From NCBI GenBank assembly GCA_038745425.1, contig JBCDLL010000007.1:1688-65687 (forward strand): a stretch of DNA of 64,000 nt, written 5' to 3'. The notes below the pieces were generated by a model. That model was not told the origin of the DNA. It saw only the letters and a program-made list of their open reading frames with translations, and did no database searches. Source of the stretch: Verrucomicrobiota bacterium. Its GTDB lineage: Bacteria; Verrucomicrobiota; Verrucomicrobiia; Methylacidiphilales; UBA1321. Numbering within the stretch: position 1 is the stretch's first letter; the number at the start of each line of letters is the position of its first letter. Position numbers and translations under genes: made by a program. This document shows, in pieces, positions 9,400 through 18,603 of this stretch.

Positions 9400-11187
9400 T
9401 TAGCGGCTCAGGATTTCGTTGCGCAGTTCGCTGTCGTAGTCCAGCGCGTCGACGGAATCGATCAGCCTCCTCCAGCTCGTCATCACGCTGCGTTCAAGCC
9501 GATTGAGATTGCCGACCTCGCTGTCGGTAAAGACGGAAGTGGAGCCCGCCCGCGTGCCAAAATGTTGGAACAAAGCGGCCTGGTACGCCTCCAGTTGCTG
9601 GATCACGTTCTGCAGCTCGTGATAAACGGGCCGTGTCTTCGGGTGGATCTTGCGCCGGAGCTGGTTGAGTTGGCTCACCAACGCGCGCACCTTGCTGCTG
9701 TCGAGCTTCACCTTGGCGTGCTTGTTCTGGGCCAGCACCGCCAGGATCGGGCTCACCGTCTTAAACATGCCGTCCAGCGACGCGATAATCGTGAGATGGC
9801 GCGGGGCCTGCCCACTGGCCGCCTTCAGCAGGTACTGGGCGGACTGGTGGTTGGGTGCCAACTCCACCACTTCTTCCAGCAGCTTTCGGTTCTCCGGCGA
9901 GCGCACCACCGCACCCCAGTACCGGCCGTCCATCTTGCCCTGCAGGCCGGCAAACTTGTCCATCGCGCTTTGGAGGTTTTCCGAGCGATCCACTCGCGCC
10001 AGGTCGACCGCCTCGTCGATCGTCTCCAGGGAAAAGACCTGGGTCTTGGCCAGCTCGCCGGCAAATCCGAGCACCAGATAGTTGTCGAGCTCTCCCAAAT
10101 TCTCCTTGGGAATGCCGACATAATCGCAGCCGTCGCGGGCCGCGCCTTTGATCTTGTCCGCGATGCCGCCCACCCGGACCACCTTGCCGTCCACGTTGAT
10201 GTCGCCGGTCATGGCCACCTTCTCGTCAATCTTGAAGTCCTGCAGTAGGGAGAGCGCCACCACGCAGAACGCGGTCCCGGCGGAACCACCCGCCTTTTCA
10301 CTGTACTTGTCGTCAAAACTCAGGCGCACCACGTGGCCCTTGGCCTTGTCGGGGGCGCGGTTCAAGGCCAGCCGCTGGGCTTCCTTTTTGCTGATGTCCA
10401 TGTCCTCGCCCACCGCCGTCATGAACTCCAGCGTGGTGGAGCGGTTGTCGGCGGGCACCAGTGTGGCGTTGATCTCCATGACCTTGCCGCCGATGAAGCC
10501 GCCTTCCGTGGACAGCACCACCAAGCCGTTGATCTGGGCTTGCGCCTGGGCCGCTCCGGTTGTCGTCGGCTTGGTCGGTTCTGGGACGGGTTTGGAAGAG
10601 GCGGTGGTATTGGGGCGGGACAGCGCGGAAGCGGTCGCGTCGCCCACCAGCGCTTTCCACGCGACCGGCATGGGAATTTCGGCCCGGATCAGCTCGGTTT
10701 CGTAAACAATCTCCTCGTTCCCCGGCGCCGCTTCGTAGGCAAGTTCGGCCAAATAGGACGCGGCTTGCTGGTCCGCCTCCCCGCCCACATCCTTCATCAG
10801 CTTGGCGCTCTGGATCAGCCGTTTCGCCAAGCTGTTGGGATCCACCTGCTGACCGGGCTCTCCCAGGGAATCTTTACGGCGGAAGCGCGCCTTGGCGATG
10901 ACCGCCGAGCGGTTGGTCGGGTCCAGCCCCAGCGCCACGACCAGCGCGCGGGCCTGGAGCTTTCTCTGCTCCTTGCCCTCGGGCACGGATTTGGCCCAGT
11001 CCGCCAGCATGGTGGCCAACTGCTTGCGCCCGGCCGCTTCCATTTGCAGATCCTCGGCTTTAAAGGGAAACGCCGAGGCATCGAGTTCATAGTCCACCTG
11101 GCCCTGCACGGCGGGGGTGACGGCCAGCGCGGTCACGAGCCCCAACGCACCCAAAACCGCGCGAAACGAGTTCCTTTTACCCCTCAT
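9400..11187 (-). CDS. secreted Lon-protease-domain (peptidase S16) protein without AAA+ module
   Basis: Start is at the internal ATG, giving signal peptide MRGKRNSFRAVLGALGLVTALAVTPAVQG. The Lon_C-like core has EKAGGSAGTAFCVVALS (Ser) and GGIADKIKGAARDG (Lys). No Walker motifs. Confidence 0.7.
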   Translation of the reverse strand: MRGKRNSFRAVLGALGLVTALAVTPAVQGQVDYELDASAFPFKAEDLQMEAAGRKQLATMLADWAKSVPEGKEQRKLQARALVVALGLDPTNRSAVIAKARFRRKDSLGEPGQQVDPNSLAKRLIQSAKLMKDVGGEADQQAASYLAELAYEAAPGNEEIVYETELIRAEIPMPVAWKALVGDATASALSRPNTTASSKPVPEPTKPTTTGAAQAQAQINGLVVLSTEGGFIGGKVMEINATLVPADNRSTTLEFMTAVGEDMDISKKEAQRLALNRAPDKAKGHVVRLSFDDKYSEKAGGSAGTAFCVVALSLLQDFKIDEKVAMTGDINVDGKVVRVGGIADKIKGAARDGCDYVGIPKENLGELDNYLVLGFAGELAKTQVFSLETIDEAVDLARVDRSENLQSAMDKFAGLQGKMDGRYWGAVVRSPENRKLLEEVVELAPNHQSAQYLLKAASGQAPRHLTIIASLDGMFKTVSPILAVLAQNKHAKVKLDSSKVRALVSQLNQLRRKIHPKTRPVYHELQNVIQQLEAYQAALFQHFGTRAGSTSVFTDSEVGNLNRLERSVMTSWRRLIDSVDALDYDSELRNEILSR

Positions 11188-11339
11188 CACGCCGCATTTT
11201 CCCCGGCCTTGCTCTTGGGTGCAAGACGATTGCGCGCCGCAAGGGCAGAAACTTGCGTCCCGGGGCTCGCCCCGACATTTGCATGGGCAAAGCCGTCCCC
11301 GTTCCGCAAGATGGCACCGCCAATGAGGGAAGCGGGACC

Positions 11340-12911
11340 ATGACAAGCCACCGGAGCGCGGCCAGCCGGTTGTGGCTGGTGGGGTTGATGCCGCTGCTGC
11401 CCCAGGTGCTCGGGAGCGCCTTCAACATCTGGTACAACACGGCTGCCGTGGTCCCGCAGTTGACCGCCGGCCAGCAGGAGCGCTTCCACCAGACCGTGCT
11501 GGTCTTCAACCTGATCATCTTTCCCCTGGGGCTCGCCGCCTGGGCCTGGCTGGTACTGCGGCTGCGCCGTCCGCTCAAAGCCCTCCTGCGCGGCGACGGG
11601 CCCAAGGACGAAGCCCTGGAGCGGGCCCGGCGCGAGGTGATCAACCTGCCCTGGTGGGGTTCGCTCATCGCGGGCGGAGCCTGGCTGGCCTGCCTGCCGG
11701 TCTTCCTCCCGGCTATGGGGCTCACGACCGACCCGCTCAACCCGCACGTCTGGGTGCACCTGCCCATTTCCTTCATCGTCTCGGCCTCCATCGCCACCAC
11801 GCAGAGCTTCTTTCTGGTCGAGCTGGCCACCCAACGGGTGCTCTTCCCGGTTTTTTTCCGCGACGGGCGGGCCGACAATGTACCGGGCACCTGGGCGCTC
11901 TCGCTGCGCGGGCGCGGCTGGCTTTGGATTATTTCCGTCGGCGTCTGCCCGGTGAGCGCAATGCTGTTGATCATCTTCGCGCCGGACGACCCCGGCACCA
12001 ACAAGGCGCTCTTTTCGCTCTTTGTCGGCGGCGTGGGCATGGGCTTTGGCTTCTGGACGGCCTACATGCTCGACCAGCTCGTGGCCGAGCCGGTGGCCCA
12101 GCTCCGGCGGTCCGTCCAGGCAGTCGCCGAGGGCAACTACGACGTCCGCATCGACACCATCCGGGCGGACGAGCTCGGCGTGCTCATCTACGAGAACAAC
12201 CAGATGGTGCGCCAACTGCGCGAAAAACAGCGCCTGCAGGAGACCTTCGGCCTGCACGTCGGGCGGGAAGCGGCCCGGCAAATCCTGGCCGATGACCCGG
12301 GCCTCTCCGGCACGGAGCGGGACATCAGCGTGATGTTTGTCGACATCCGCAATTTCACCGCCCGCAGCGCCGACCGGCCGCCGGCCGAAGTCGTCGCCAT
12401 GCTCAATACCTTCCTCACCGAAATGGTGACGGTGATCGAAAGCGAGCACGGCGGGATGATCAACAAGTTCCTTGGCGACGGCTTCATGGCCCTCTTTGGC
12501 GCGACCGGCACTGCCAACGACACGAACAGCCACGCCGATGCCGCCGTCGCCGCCGGCCGCGGCCTGCAGGCCCGGCTGGTCAGGGTCAACCGGGTACTGG
12601 CCGCCGAAGGGCAGGCTGAGCTAGCCATCGGCATTGGCGTGCACAGCGGCCCGGCGGTAGTCGGTAGCATCGGCTCCGAGCAGCGCCTCGAGTTCACCGC
12701 CATTGGCAGCACTGTCAACCTGGCCTCGCGGGTGGAGGGGCTCACCAAATCGCTCGGCGTGCCCATGCTCATCACCGAAGCAACCAAGGTTCGCCTGCGC
12801 GAAAAGCCTCCGCTCCACGAGCAGCCCGCCCAGCACGTCAAGGGCATGGAGGAACCCGTGCCCGTCTGGAGCGTGGGGGCGGCGGCCGAAGAACCTCACT
12901 CGTCCAGGTAA
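11340..12911 (+). CDS. membrane-bound HAMP-domain class III adenylate/guanylate cyclase
   Basis: N-terminal TM helices, a HAMP domain (LRRSVQAVAEGNYDVRID...ELGVL), and cyclase motifs VMFVDIRNFT, KFLGDGFMALFG and AIGSTVNLASRVE. An alternative start lies at 11253. Confidence 0.85.
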   Translation: MTSHRSAASRLWLVGLMPLLPQVLGSAFNIWYNTAAVVPQLTAGQQERFHQTVLVFNLIIFPLGLAAWAWLVLRLRRPLKALLRGDGPKDEALERARREVINLPWWGSLIAGGAWLACLPVFLPAMGLTTDPLNPHVWVHLPISFIVSASIATTQSFFLVELATQRVLFPVFFRDGRADNVPGTWALSLRGRGWLWIISVGVCPVSAMLLIIFAPDDPGTNKALFSLFVGGVGMGFGFWTAYMLDQLVAEPVAQLRRSVQAVAEGNYDVRIDTIRADELGVLIYENNQMVRQLREKQRLQETFGLHVGREAARQILADDPGLSGTERDISVMFVDIRNFTARSADRPPAEVVAMLNTFLTEMVTVIESEHGGMINKFLGDGFMALFGATGTANDTNSHADAAVAAGRGLQARLVRVNRVLAAEGQAELAIGIGVHSGPAVVGSIGSEQRLEFTAIGSTVNLASRVEGLTKSLGVPMLITEATKVRLREKPPLHEQPAQHVKGMEEPVPVWSVGAAAEEPHSSR

Positions 12912-13513
12912 GCCCGCAGCGCCTCGCGCAAGGTCTCGCGGGCGCGAAACAGGAGCGACTTGACCGAGGGGACGGTTGTCTTCATCACCTCGGCGATCTC
13001 GTCGTAGCTGAGCTCGTCGTAGCGGCGCAGCACCACGGCCAGGCGCTGCTGCTCGGGGAGGGCAAGGATGGCGCGGTCCACCGCCGCAATCATCTCGTGG
13101 TCGAGCGCTTCCTGTCCGGGCGTTTTCATCTTCGGGTCGGGCAGTTCCTGGTGGGCGGCGTGCGGATCGTCGCGGTCTTCCCGGCCTGGTTCGCCGGTGG
13201 CCAGCGGCAGGAACTTGGCCCGCGAGCGCCGGCGCGATTCGTTGAAGACAAGGTTGCGCACAATGGTGAAGAGCCAGGTGCGGAACTGCGCGGTAGGCTT
13301 GTAGTTGGGCGCCGCCTTGTAAACGCGCAGAAAGACCTGCTGGGCCAGATCCTGGGCCTCGGTCCGGTCGCCCAGCATCTTGACGATGGTGCCGTAAACC
13401 GCCATCTGGTGGCGGGCGATGAGTTCGGCCATGGCGGCTTCGCACTCAGGGCTTAGCCCATCCTCGCGCGCGCCGGCGGCGAGCGTCCGCATCAATTCGA
13501 CATCATCGGCCAT
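12896..13513 (-). CDS. ECF-type RNA polymerase sigma-70 factor
   Basis: Region 2 AQDLAQQVFLRVYK...FRTWLFTIVRNLVFNE and region 4 LSYDEIAEVMKTTVPSVKSLLFRAR. An ATG start at 13513 is preferred over the TTG at 13558. Confidence 0.85.
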   Translation of the reverse strand: MADDVELMRTLAAGAREDGLSPECEAAMAELIARHQMAVYGTIVKMLGDRTEAQDLAQQVFLRVYKAAPNYKPTAQFRTWLFTIVRNLVFNESRRRSRAKFLPLATGEPGREDRDDPHAAHQELPDPKMKTPGQEALDHEMIAAVDRAILALPEQQRLAVVLRRYDELSYDEIAEVMKTTVPSVKSLLFRARETLREALRAYLDE

Positions 13514-13668
13514 GGTCGCGGGGAGGACGGCTAGCTTCCGGCGCGCGGCCGCCGCCAAAGGAGCTCGGTTGGAGTGAACACCTTCCGGGGGATATGGTTG
13601 CGCAAGTCAGCCGGATCGAGAAGATTATATTTGATTCCTCTCGCTCCGGGCGTCTTTAATGGCAGCGC

Positions 13669-14421
13669 ATGTCCGGACACAGCAAATGGTCAACCATTAA
13701 GCGGCAAAAAGCCGCCACCGACCAGAAACGGGGTCAGGTCTTTAGCCGGCTGGCGAAGGAAATTACCGTGGCGGCCAAAATGGGCGGCGGCGACCCGAAC
13801 ATGAACCCGCGCCTGCGCACCGCCATCGCCACGGCCAAGAAGGATTCCATGCCCAACGACAACATCGAGCGGGCGATCAAAAAGGGCACCGGCGAGCTCC
13901 AGGGCGAGGCCTACGAGGAGCTGGTCTACGAGGGCTACGGACCGGGCGGCGTCGCCATCCTGGTGGAGACCGCCACCGACAACAAGAACCGGACCGGCGC
14001 CGACATGCGCCACGCCTTCAACAAGTTCGGCGGCAACATGGCCACCAGCAACGCGGTCGCCTGGATGTTCCACCGCAAGGGTTACATTGCCGTGCCGCTG
14101 GGAGCGACCAGCGAAGACGCGCTGATGGAGGCCGGGCTCGACGCCGGGCTGGAGGACATTCAGGCCGGGGACGAGGTTTACGAAATCACCACCCCCTACG
14201 ATAAGCTGAACGAAGTCGACGACGCGCTGAAGGCCGCCGGCATCGAGAGCCAGGAGGCCAAGCTCACCTTTCTGCCGGAGAACCACACTCCCGTGACCGA
14301 CGAAGCCACCGCCAGCCAGCTCATGCGCCTGCTGGGCGCCCTCGACGACCTGGACGACGTCCAAGCCGTGCACGCCAACTTCGAAATGAGCCCCGAATTG
14401 ATGGAAGCGGCCGCGGGCTAG
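13669..14421 (+). CDS. YebC/PmpR family DNA-binding transcriptional regulator
   Basis: MSGHSKWSTIKRQKAATDQKRGQVFSRLAKEI is the family signature N-terminus. Confidence 0.95.
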   Translation: MSGHSKWSTIKRQKAATDQKRGQVFSRLAKEITVAAKMGGGDPNMNPRLRTAIATAKKDSMPNDNIERAIKKGTGELQGEAYEELVYEGYGPGGVAILVETATDNKNRTGADMRHAFNKFGGNMATSNAVAWMFHRKGYIAVPLGATSEDALMEAGLDAGLEDIQAGDEVYEITTPYDKLNEVDDALKAAGIESQEAKLTFLPENHTPVTDEATASQLMRLLGALDDLDDVQAVHANFEMSPELMEAAAG

Positions 14422-14444
14422 GCCAACCCTTTCTCCCCCTGGTT

Positions 14445-15131
14445 ATGAGCGACTGGTATTACGCCGAGAACGACGAACAGAAGGGCCCCGTCAACGAGGC
14501 CGAGCTGAAGGAGAAATTTGCCGGCGCGCAATTGGCGCCGGACACCCTGGTCTGGCAAAAGGGCATGACCCAGTGGACACCCGCCGCCGAGGTGGACGCC
14601 TTCCAGTTTACTCCACCACCCGCCCCGGCCGACCTGCCCCCGGCGCTGCCGCCCAACGAGCCCGCCGCTCCCGCGGCCGAACCCGCCCCGACTCCCGAAA
14701 AGCCCGCGGCGGAAAAACCGGCGGCGGAGGAAGCTCCCCAGGAAGAGGAAGAGGACTTTGCCGAGCTGGGTGAAATCATCCACAAGCCCCTCGAGATCGA
14801 CGTCGAACCGGCGGACTTCGAGAAAAACAAGATCTACGGCATCATGGGCTACATCTACGTGCTGTTTCTGGTGACCTTCCTCATCGCGCCCAAGTCGCCC
14901 TTTGCGCGCTACCACGGCTCCCAGGGCGCCACGCTCTTCTTCACCACGACGGTGTACTGGCTCTTTATCATGTCGCTCTGGTTCGTGCTGCAAAACCAAA
15001 TCCCCGACGTCATCTTCTACGTCATCATGTTCGCCCCGCCGATCACCCTGGCGGTCATCGGCATCATGAACGCTTCCAAGGGCAAGGCCGTCCCCCTGCC
15101 GTTAATCGGCGGTTTCACGATCATCAACTAG
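14445..15131 (+). CDS. GYF_2 domain protein with C-terminal multi-TM (DUF4870-like) domain
   Basis: The WYYAENDEQKGPV...LVWQKGMTQWTPAAEV GYF-like module, a Pro/Ala/Glu linker, then three or four TM helices. Confidence 0.7.
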   Translation: MSDWYYAENDEQKGPVNEAELKEKFAGAQLAPDTLVWQKGMTQWTPAAEVDAFQFTPPPAPADLPPALPPNEPAAPAAEPAPTPEKPAAEKPAAEEAPQEEEEDFAELGEIIHKPLEIDVEPADFEKNKIYGIMGYIYVLFLVTFLIAPKSPFARYHGSQGATLFFTTTVYWLFIMSLWFVLQNQIPDVIFYVIMFAPPITLAVIGIMNASKGKAVPLPLIGGFTIIN

Positions 15132-15212
15132 CGCCCGCGAGAACAGCTTCCGTGGAGGGGCGCTCAGGATGATGACCGGGTTTGGCCTCTGCAATACGAC
15201 CTTGCCTTCGCC

Positions 15213-15390
15213 AAAAAAATACCCCGCGTTGCCGTGTGGGTGTTGCTTTCTACCCTAAGTACTAGGGGGAAACCGGCGCTCCTCCGTCGCCTTCCAGTCA
15301 AGGCATGACGTTGGTTAGTACGCCTTCTCGTTTCCTTGTTGGTTAGCACGGTCGAAAGCCATGCACCGCGAATCACGAACAACGCAGGGT
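15213..15390 (-). ncRNA. structured ~178-nt RNA, 6S RNA-like (rod with central bubble, U7 tail)
   Basis: Hand fold of the minus strand. An 11-bp closing helix ACCCUGCGUUG/CAACGCGGGGU extends by 5 bp after a 1-nt bulge. Further helices are GGUG/CACC and GCUUUC/GAAAGC. A large central bubble has a CCCUA/UAGGG mini-hairpin on its 3' strand. The apical stem is GGAAAC/GUUUCC, GGCG/CGCC, CGUC-GCCUU/AAGGC-GACG. It ends in AUUUUUUU. Confidence 0.45.
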
Positions 15391-15447
15391 AAAGGGTCTG
15401 ACGTCGTGAAGGCCAAAATGTTCAAAGAGCAGGCGCCGTAGCCGCGG

Positions 15448-17772
15448 CTAGGCATCGCGGAAGACGGCCCCGAGTTTCTCCTCGAGCGTGCGGCGGATTT
15501 TGTCCTGCCACTTGCCGACTTCCTTTTCAGTGAGTGTCCGGTCGGCGGCCCGGTAAGTCAAGGCATAGGCGAGCGATTTGCGGTCGGCCGGAATCTTCTC
15601 GCCGGTGTCGTCGGTGAAGATGTCAAAGAGCCGGATGCTCTCCAAGGCTTTGAGGTTGAGCGCGTTGACGGCGGCCACCACCTCCGCCTGCGGGAGGCTG
15701 CGCGGCACGACCACGGCGATGTCACGACGCAGCGAAGGGAAAGCGGGCAGTGGCTCGTAGCGGGCCGGGGGGCGGTCGCGGGCCAGCCAGGCGTCGAGCC
15801 GAAGCTCGGCGTAGAAAGCCGGCGCCTTGAGCCCGAGGCCCTTGGCGAAGCTGGGCGCCACCCGGGTCGCTTCGAGGACGTCGCCCTCCTCAAAGCCATG
15901 GCGGTAAAGGAGCGCGTCGAGCGCCCCCTGCAGGTCGGCGAGATCGGCGGAGCGGGGACTGGTGTGCCAGTGCTCCTCGGCGCCTTCGCCGGCCACCAGC
16001 AGGCCCAGGCGGGTCGGCTCGGCGGTCGCGCCGCCGTTACGCTCAAAGACCTTGCCCGCCTCGAAGAGCCGCACCCCGGACACGCCGCGGGCCAGGTTGC
16101 GCCCGGCCACCGCCACCAGCGAGGCCCGCAGGCCGGTGCGCAGGTGCGTGTACTGCTCATTGAGCGGGTTGCCCACCGCCAGCGCGCGGTCGGGCTCCAC
16201 CCAGCCGGCCTCGACCAGCGTATCGGTGTTGCACTCGTTCCAGCCCCAGCCGGCCAGAAGCCGGCGCAGCTCGGCCAGCCGGTCGTGCACCAGGTCGGCC
16301 GCGCTTGACGGCGTTACGCCCAGATTGATCCGGGCGGGCACGCCGACCATCCCGTGCAGCCGGGCGATTTCCTCGATCAGATCGACCTCGCGCTCGAGGT
16401 CGGGGCGGAAAGACGGGATGCGGTAGGTGACTTCAGTGTCGGGCCGCCCGACCAGCTCCAGTCCCAGCTTCTCCATCCAGTCATTGATGCGCTCGGCCGG
16501 CAATCCGAGACCGATAAGCTTGCCCAGGCGCGGGAGCCGCAACGTCACCTCGCGCTCGAGCACGGGCGGCTCTCCCGCCACCACCGGCGCGGCGGCCACC
16601 TCCGCCCCGGCCAGGTCGCAGAAGAGCGCGATGGCGCGATCGCGGGCGCGCAGCACCGCGGCGGGATCCACCCGGCGCTCGTAGCGGTAGCTGGAATCGG
16701 AAATCAGGCCCAGGCGACGGCTCGTGCGGCGGACGTGGGCGGGGTCGAACCAAGCCGCCTCCAGCAGCAGGCCGGTGGTGGTCTCGGTCACGCCGCTATT
16801 GAGCCCCCCCATCACCCCGGCCAGCGCGACCGGACCGGCCTCGTCCGCGATCACGAGATCATCGGCCTCCAGCCGGTAGGTGGCTTCGTCGAGGGCGCGG
16901 AATTCCTCCCCCGCCTCGGCGTAGCGCACGGAGATCGTGTGGCCCGAGAGCTTGGCGAGGTCAAAGGCGTGCAGGGGTTGGCCGATCTCGTAGAGCACGT
17001 AGTTGGTGATATCGACCACGTTATTGATCGGCTGGTGGCCCATGGCGCGGATACGGTCCGCCAGCCATTCCGGGCTAGGACCCACTTGCACGTTTTTCAA
17101 AACCGTGGCGGCGTAATAAGGCCCGGCCGCCGGTGCGGGCAGCTCCACCTGCCAGCCGCTCTCGTTGGCGGGGAAGTCGATTTGCGGCCAGGCGAAGGGC
17201 TTGACCGTGCCCGCGCCGCAGGCAGCGATCTCGCGCGCCAGGCCCAGGTAGCTGAGCAGGTCCGGCCGGTTCGGGGTGATCTCGACCTCGAAGACGGTGT
17301 CGCCGGTCACCACCTCACGCAGAGGCACGCCCACCGGCGTGTCCGGGTCCAGGATAAGGAGACCCTGCGCGTCGTCGGAGATGGCCAACTCCACCGGCGA
17401 GCACAGCATGCCCTCGCTCTTCTCGCCGCGCAGCTTGCCGCTCTTGATCTTGAACTCGCCGCCGTCCTTGCCGCTGATGACGGTCGCGCCAGGCAACGCC
17501 AGCGGGACCTTGTCGCCCGCCGAAAAGTTTTTGGCCCCGCAAACGATCTGGCGCTGGCCCTGGCCGTCGTTGACCAGGCAGACGCTCAAGCGGTCGGCGT
17601 CCGGATGGGGCCCGAAGCTCTCGATCTGCGCGACCACCACCTTCTCGTCGATCTCACCGAGGCGCTCGACCGTCTCGACCTCGGTGCCCGCCATGGTCAA
17701 ACTCTCGAGCAAGGCGTCCAGCTCAAGCGAGGGTTCCACGTAATCCTGGAGCCAGTTGACGGAAAACTTCAT
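15448..17772 (-). CDS. pheT: phenylalanine--tRNA ligase beta subunit
   Basis: 774 aa. N-terminal tRNA-binding OB domain (VVVAQIESFGPHPDADRLSVCLV) and typical B3/4, B5 and C-terminal anticodon-binding layout. Confidence 0.95.
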   Translation of the reverse strand: MKFSVNWLQDYVEPSLELDALLESLTMAGTEVETVERLGEIDEKVVVAQIESFGPHPDADRLSVCLVNDGQGQRQIVCGAKNFSAGDKVPLALPGATVISGKDGGEFKIKSGKLRGEKSEGMLCSPVELAISDDAQGLLILDPDTPVGVPLREVVTGDTVFEVEITPNRPDLLSYLGLAREIAACGAGTVKPFAWPQIDFPANESGWQVELPAPAAGPYYAATVLKNVQVGPSPEWLADRIRAMGHQPINNVVDITNYVLYEIGQPLHAFDLAKLSGHTISVRYAEAGEEFRALDEATYRLEADDLVIADEAGPVALAGVMGGLNSGVTETTTGLLLEAAWFDPAHVRRTSRRLGLISDSSYRYERRVDPAAVLRARDRAIALFCDLAGAEVAAAPVVAGEPPVLEREVTLRLPRLGKLIGLGLPAERINDWMEKLGLELVGRPDTEVTYRIPSFRPDLEREVDLIEEIARLHGMVGVPARINLGVTPSSAADLVHDRLAELRRLLAGWGWNECNTDTLVEAGWVEPDRALAVGNPLNEQYTHLRTGLRASLVAVAGRNLARGVSGVRLFEAGKVFERNGGATAEPTRLGLLVAGEGAEEHWHTSPRSADLADLQGALDALLYRHGFEEGDVLEATRVAPSFAKGLGLKAPAFYAELRLDAWLARDRPPARYEPLPAFPSLRRDIAVVVPRSLPQAEVVAAVNALNLKALESIRLFDIFTDDTGEKIPADRKSLAYALTYRAADRTLTEKEVGKWQDKIRRTLEEKLGAVFRDA

Positions 17773-17917
17773 GACGGCAATGCCCGGGTGGGAGAGTCCG
17801 CCAAGCTACCGGGCCGCCGCCGCCAGCGCAAGCGCGCCGTGGGCGGGGCTTGACGGGCAGCCGTCGACACCCCGACGTCCGTTTGCCCGGCGCCCAAGGT
17901 GTGCTTGGTTAGCAGTA

Positions 17918-18535
17918 ATGGTTGATGGACCTCTACCGAAGGAGACCGGCATCATGGTGCTGCCGAACGCGATCCTGTTCCCGCAAGCGCTGCTCCCGCT
18001 GTACATCTTCGAGCCACGCTACCGCGACATGCTCCAGATCGCGCTCGACGGCGAGCGGATGTTCGCCGTCGCCCACGGCCACGGCCTGAGCGAGCCGCAT
18101 CGCATCTCCGGCATCGGGCTCATCCGCGCCTGCGTGGACCAGCCCGACGGCACCAGCCACCTCATGCTTCAGGGCATTAGCCGCGTGCGCTTCTCCGAGT
18201 TCACCCAAACCGACCCCTACTACCGCGCCCGGGTGGAGTTCCTGCCCACCGAGCAGACGAGCGACGACGCCACCGAGAAACTGGGCCAGGAACTACGCAA
18301 CTACCTCGACGGCATGCGGCAGGAAGCCGACGGCAAGACGGCCGAGATGCTCAACTTTCTGGCCGACGTGGAAGACCTTGACGCGCTCGCCGACATCGTC
18401 TCTTACAGCATGGTGATGGACCTGGACCGCAAGCAACGCCTGCTGGAAGCCGTCAGCCTGCGCGAGCGCCTCGAGCTGCTGCTGGAAGCCGTCCGCGAAG
18501 ACGGCCCGCTGGATGACGGCTTCACCTTTACCTAG
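17918..18535 (+). CDS. LON substrate-binding (Lon N-terminal, PUA-like) domain protein
   Basis: The internal ATG gives MVDGPLPKETGIMVLPNAILFPQALLPLYIFEPRYRDML, the hallmark of stand-alone Lon N-domain proteins. Confidence 0.8.
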   Translation: MVDGPLPKETGIMVLPNAILFPQALLPLYIFEPRYRDMLQIALDGERMFAVAHGHGLSEPHRISGIGLIRACVDQPDGTSHLMLQGISRVRFSEFTQTDPYYRARVEFLPTEQTSDDATEKLGQELRNYLDGMRQEADGKTAEMLNFLADVEDLDALADIVSYSMVMDLDRKQRLLEAVSLRERLELLLEAVREDGPLDDGFTFT

Positions 18536-18603
18536 AGGCTGCCCGTGAAGCGGAATGGCCTTGCCAAAGCGGGCCGGGTTTTCGAGTCTGGGCGCTAATT
18601 TCC

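Noticed and set aside
9400-12911. Lon-like protease + nucleotide cyclase as a Pycsar/CBASS-type or BREX (BrxL)-type defence module
   Set aside because: The cyclase is a classical membrane HAMP class III signalling cyclase, not a minimal defence cyclase or CD-NTase. The protease has a signal peptide, no cyclic-nucleotide-binding domain and no ATPase. No other defence genes are adjacent.
15160-15447. tmRNA on the plus strand (GGGGCGCUCAGGAUGAUGACCGGG resembles a tmRNA 5' end)
   Set aside because: There is no complementary 3' acceptor strand, T-arm or CCA end before the pheT stop. No plausible tag reading frame ends in a hydrophobic ...AA-type tail. The available length (under 290 nt) is too short. 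The minus-strand rod-like fold explains the region better.
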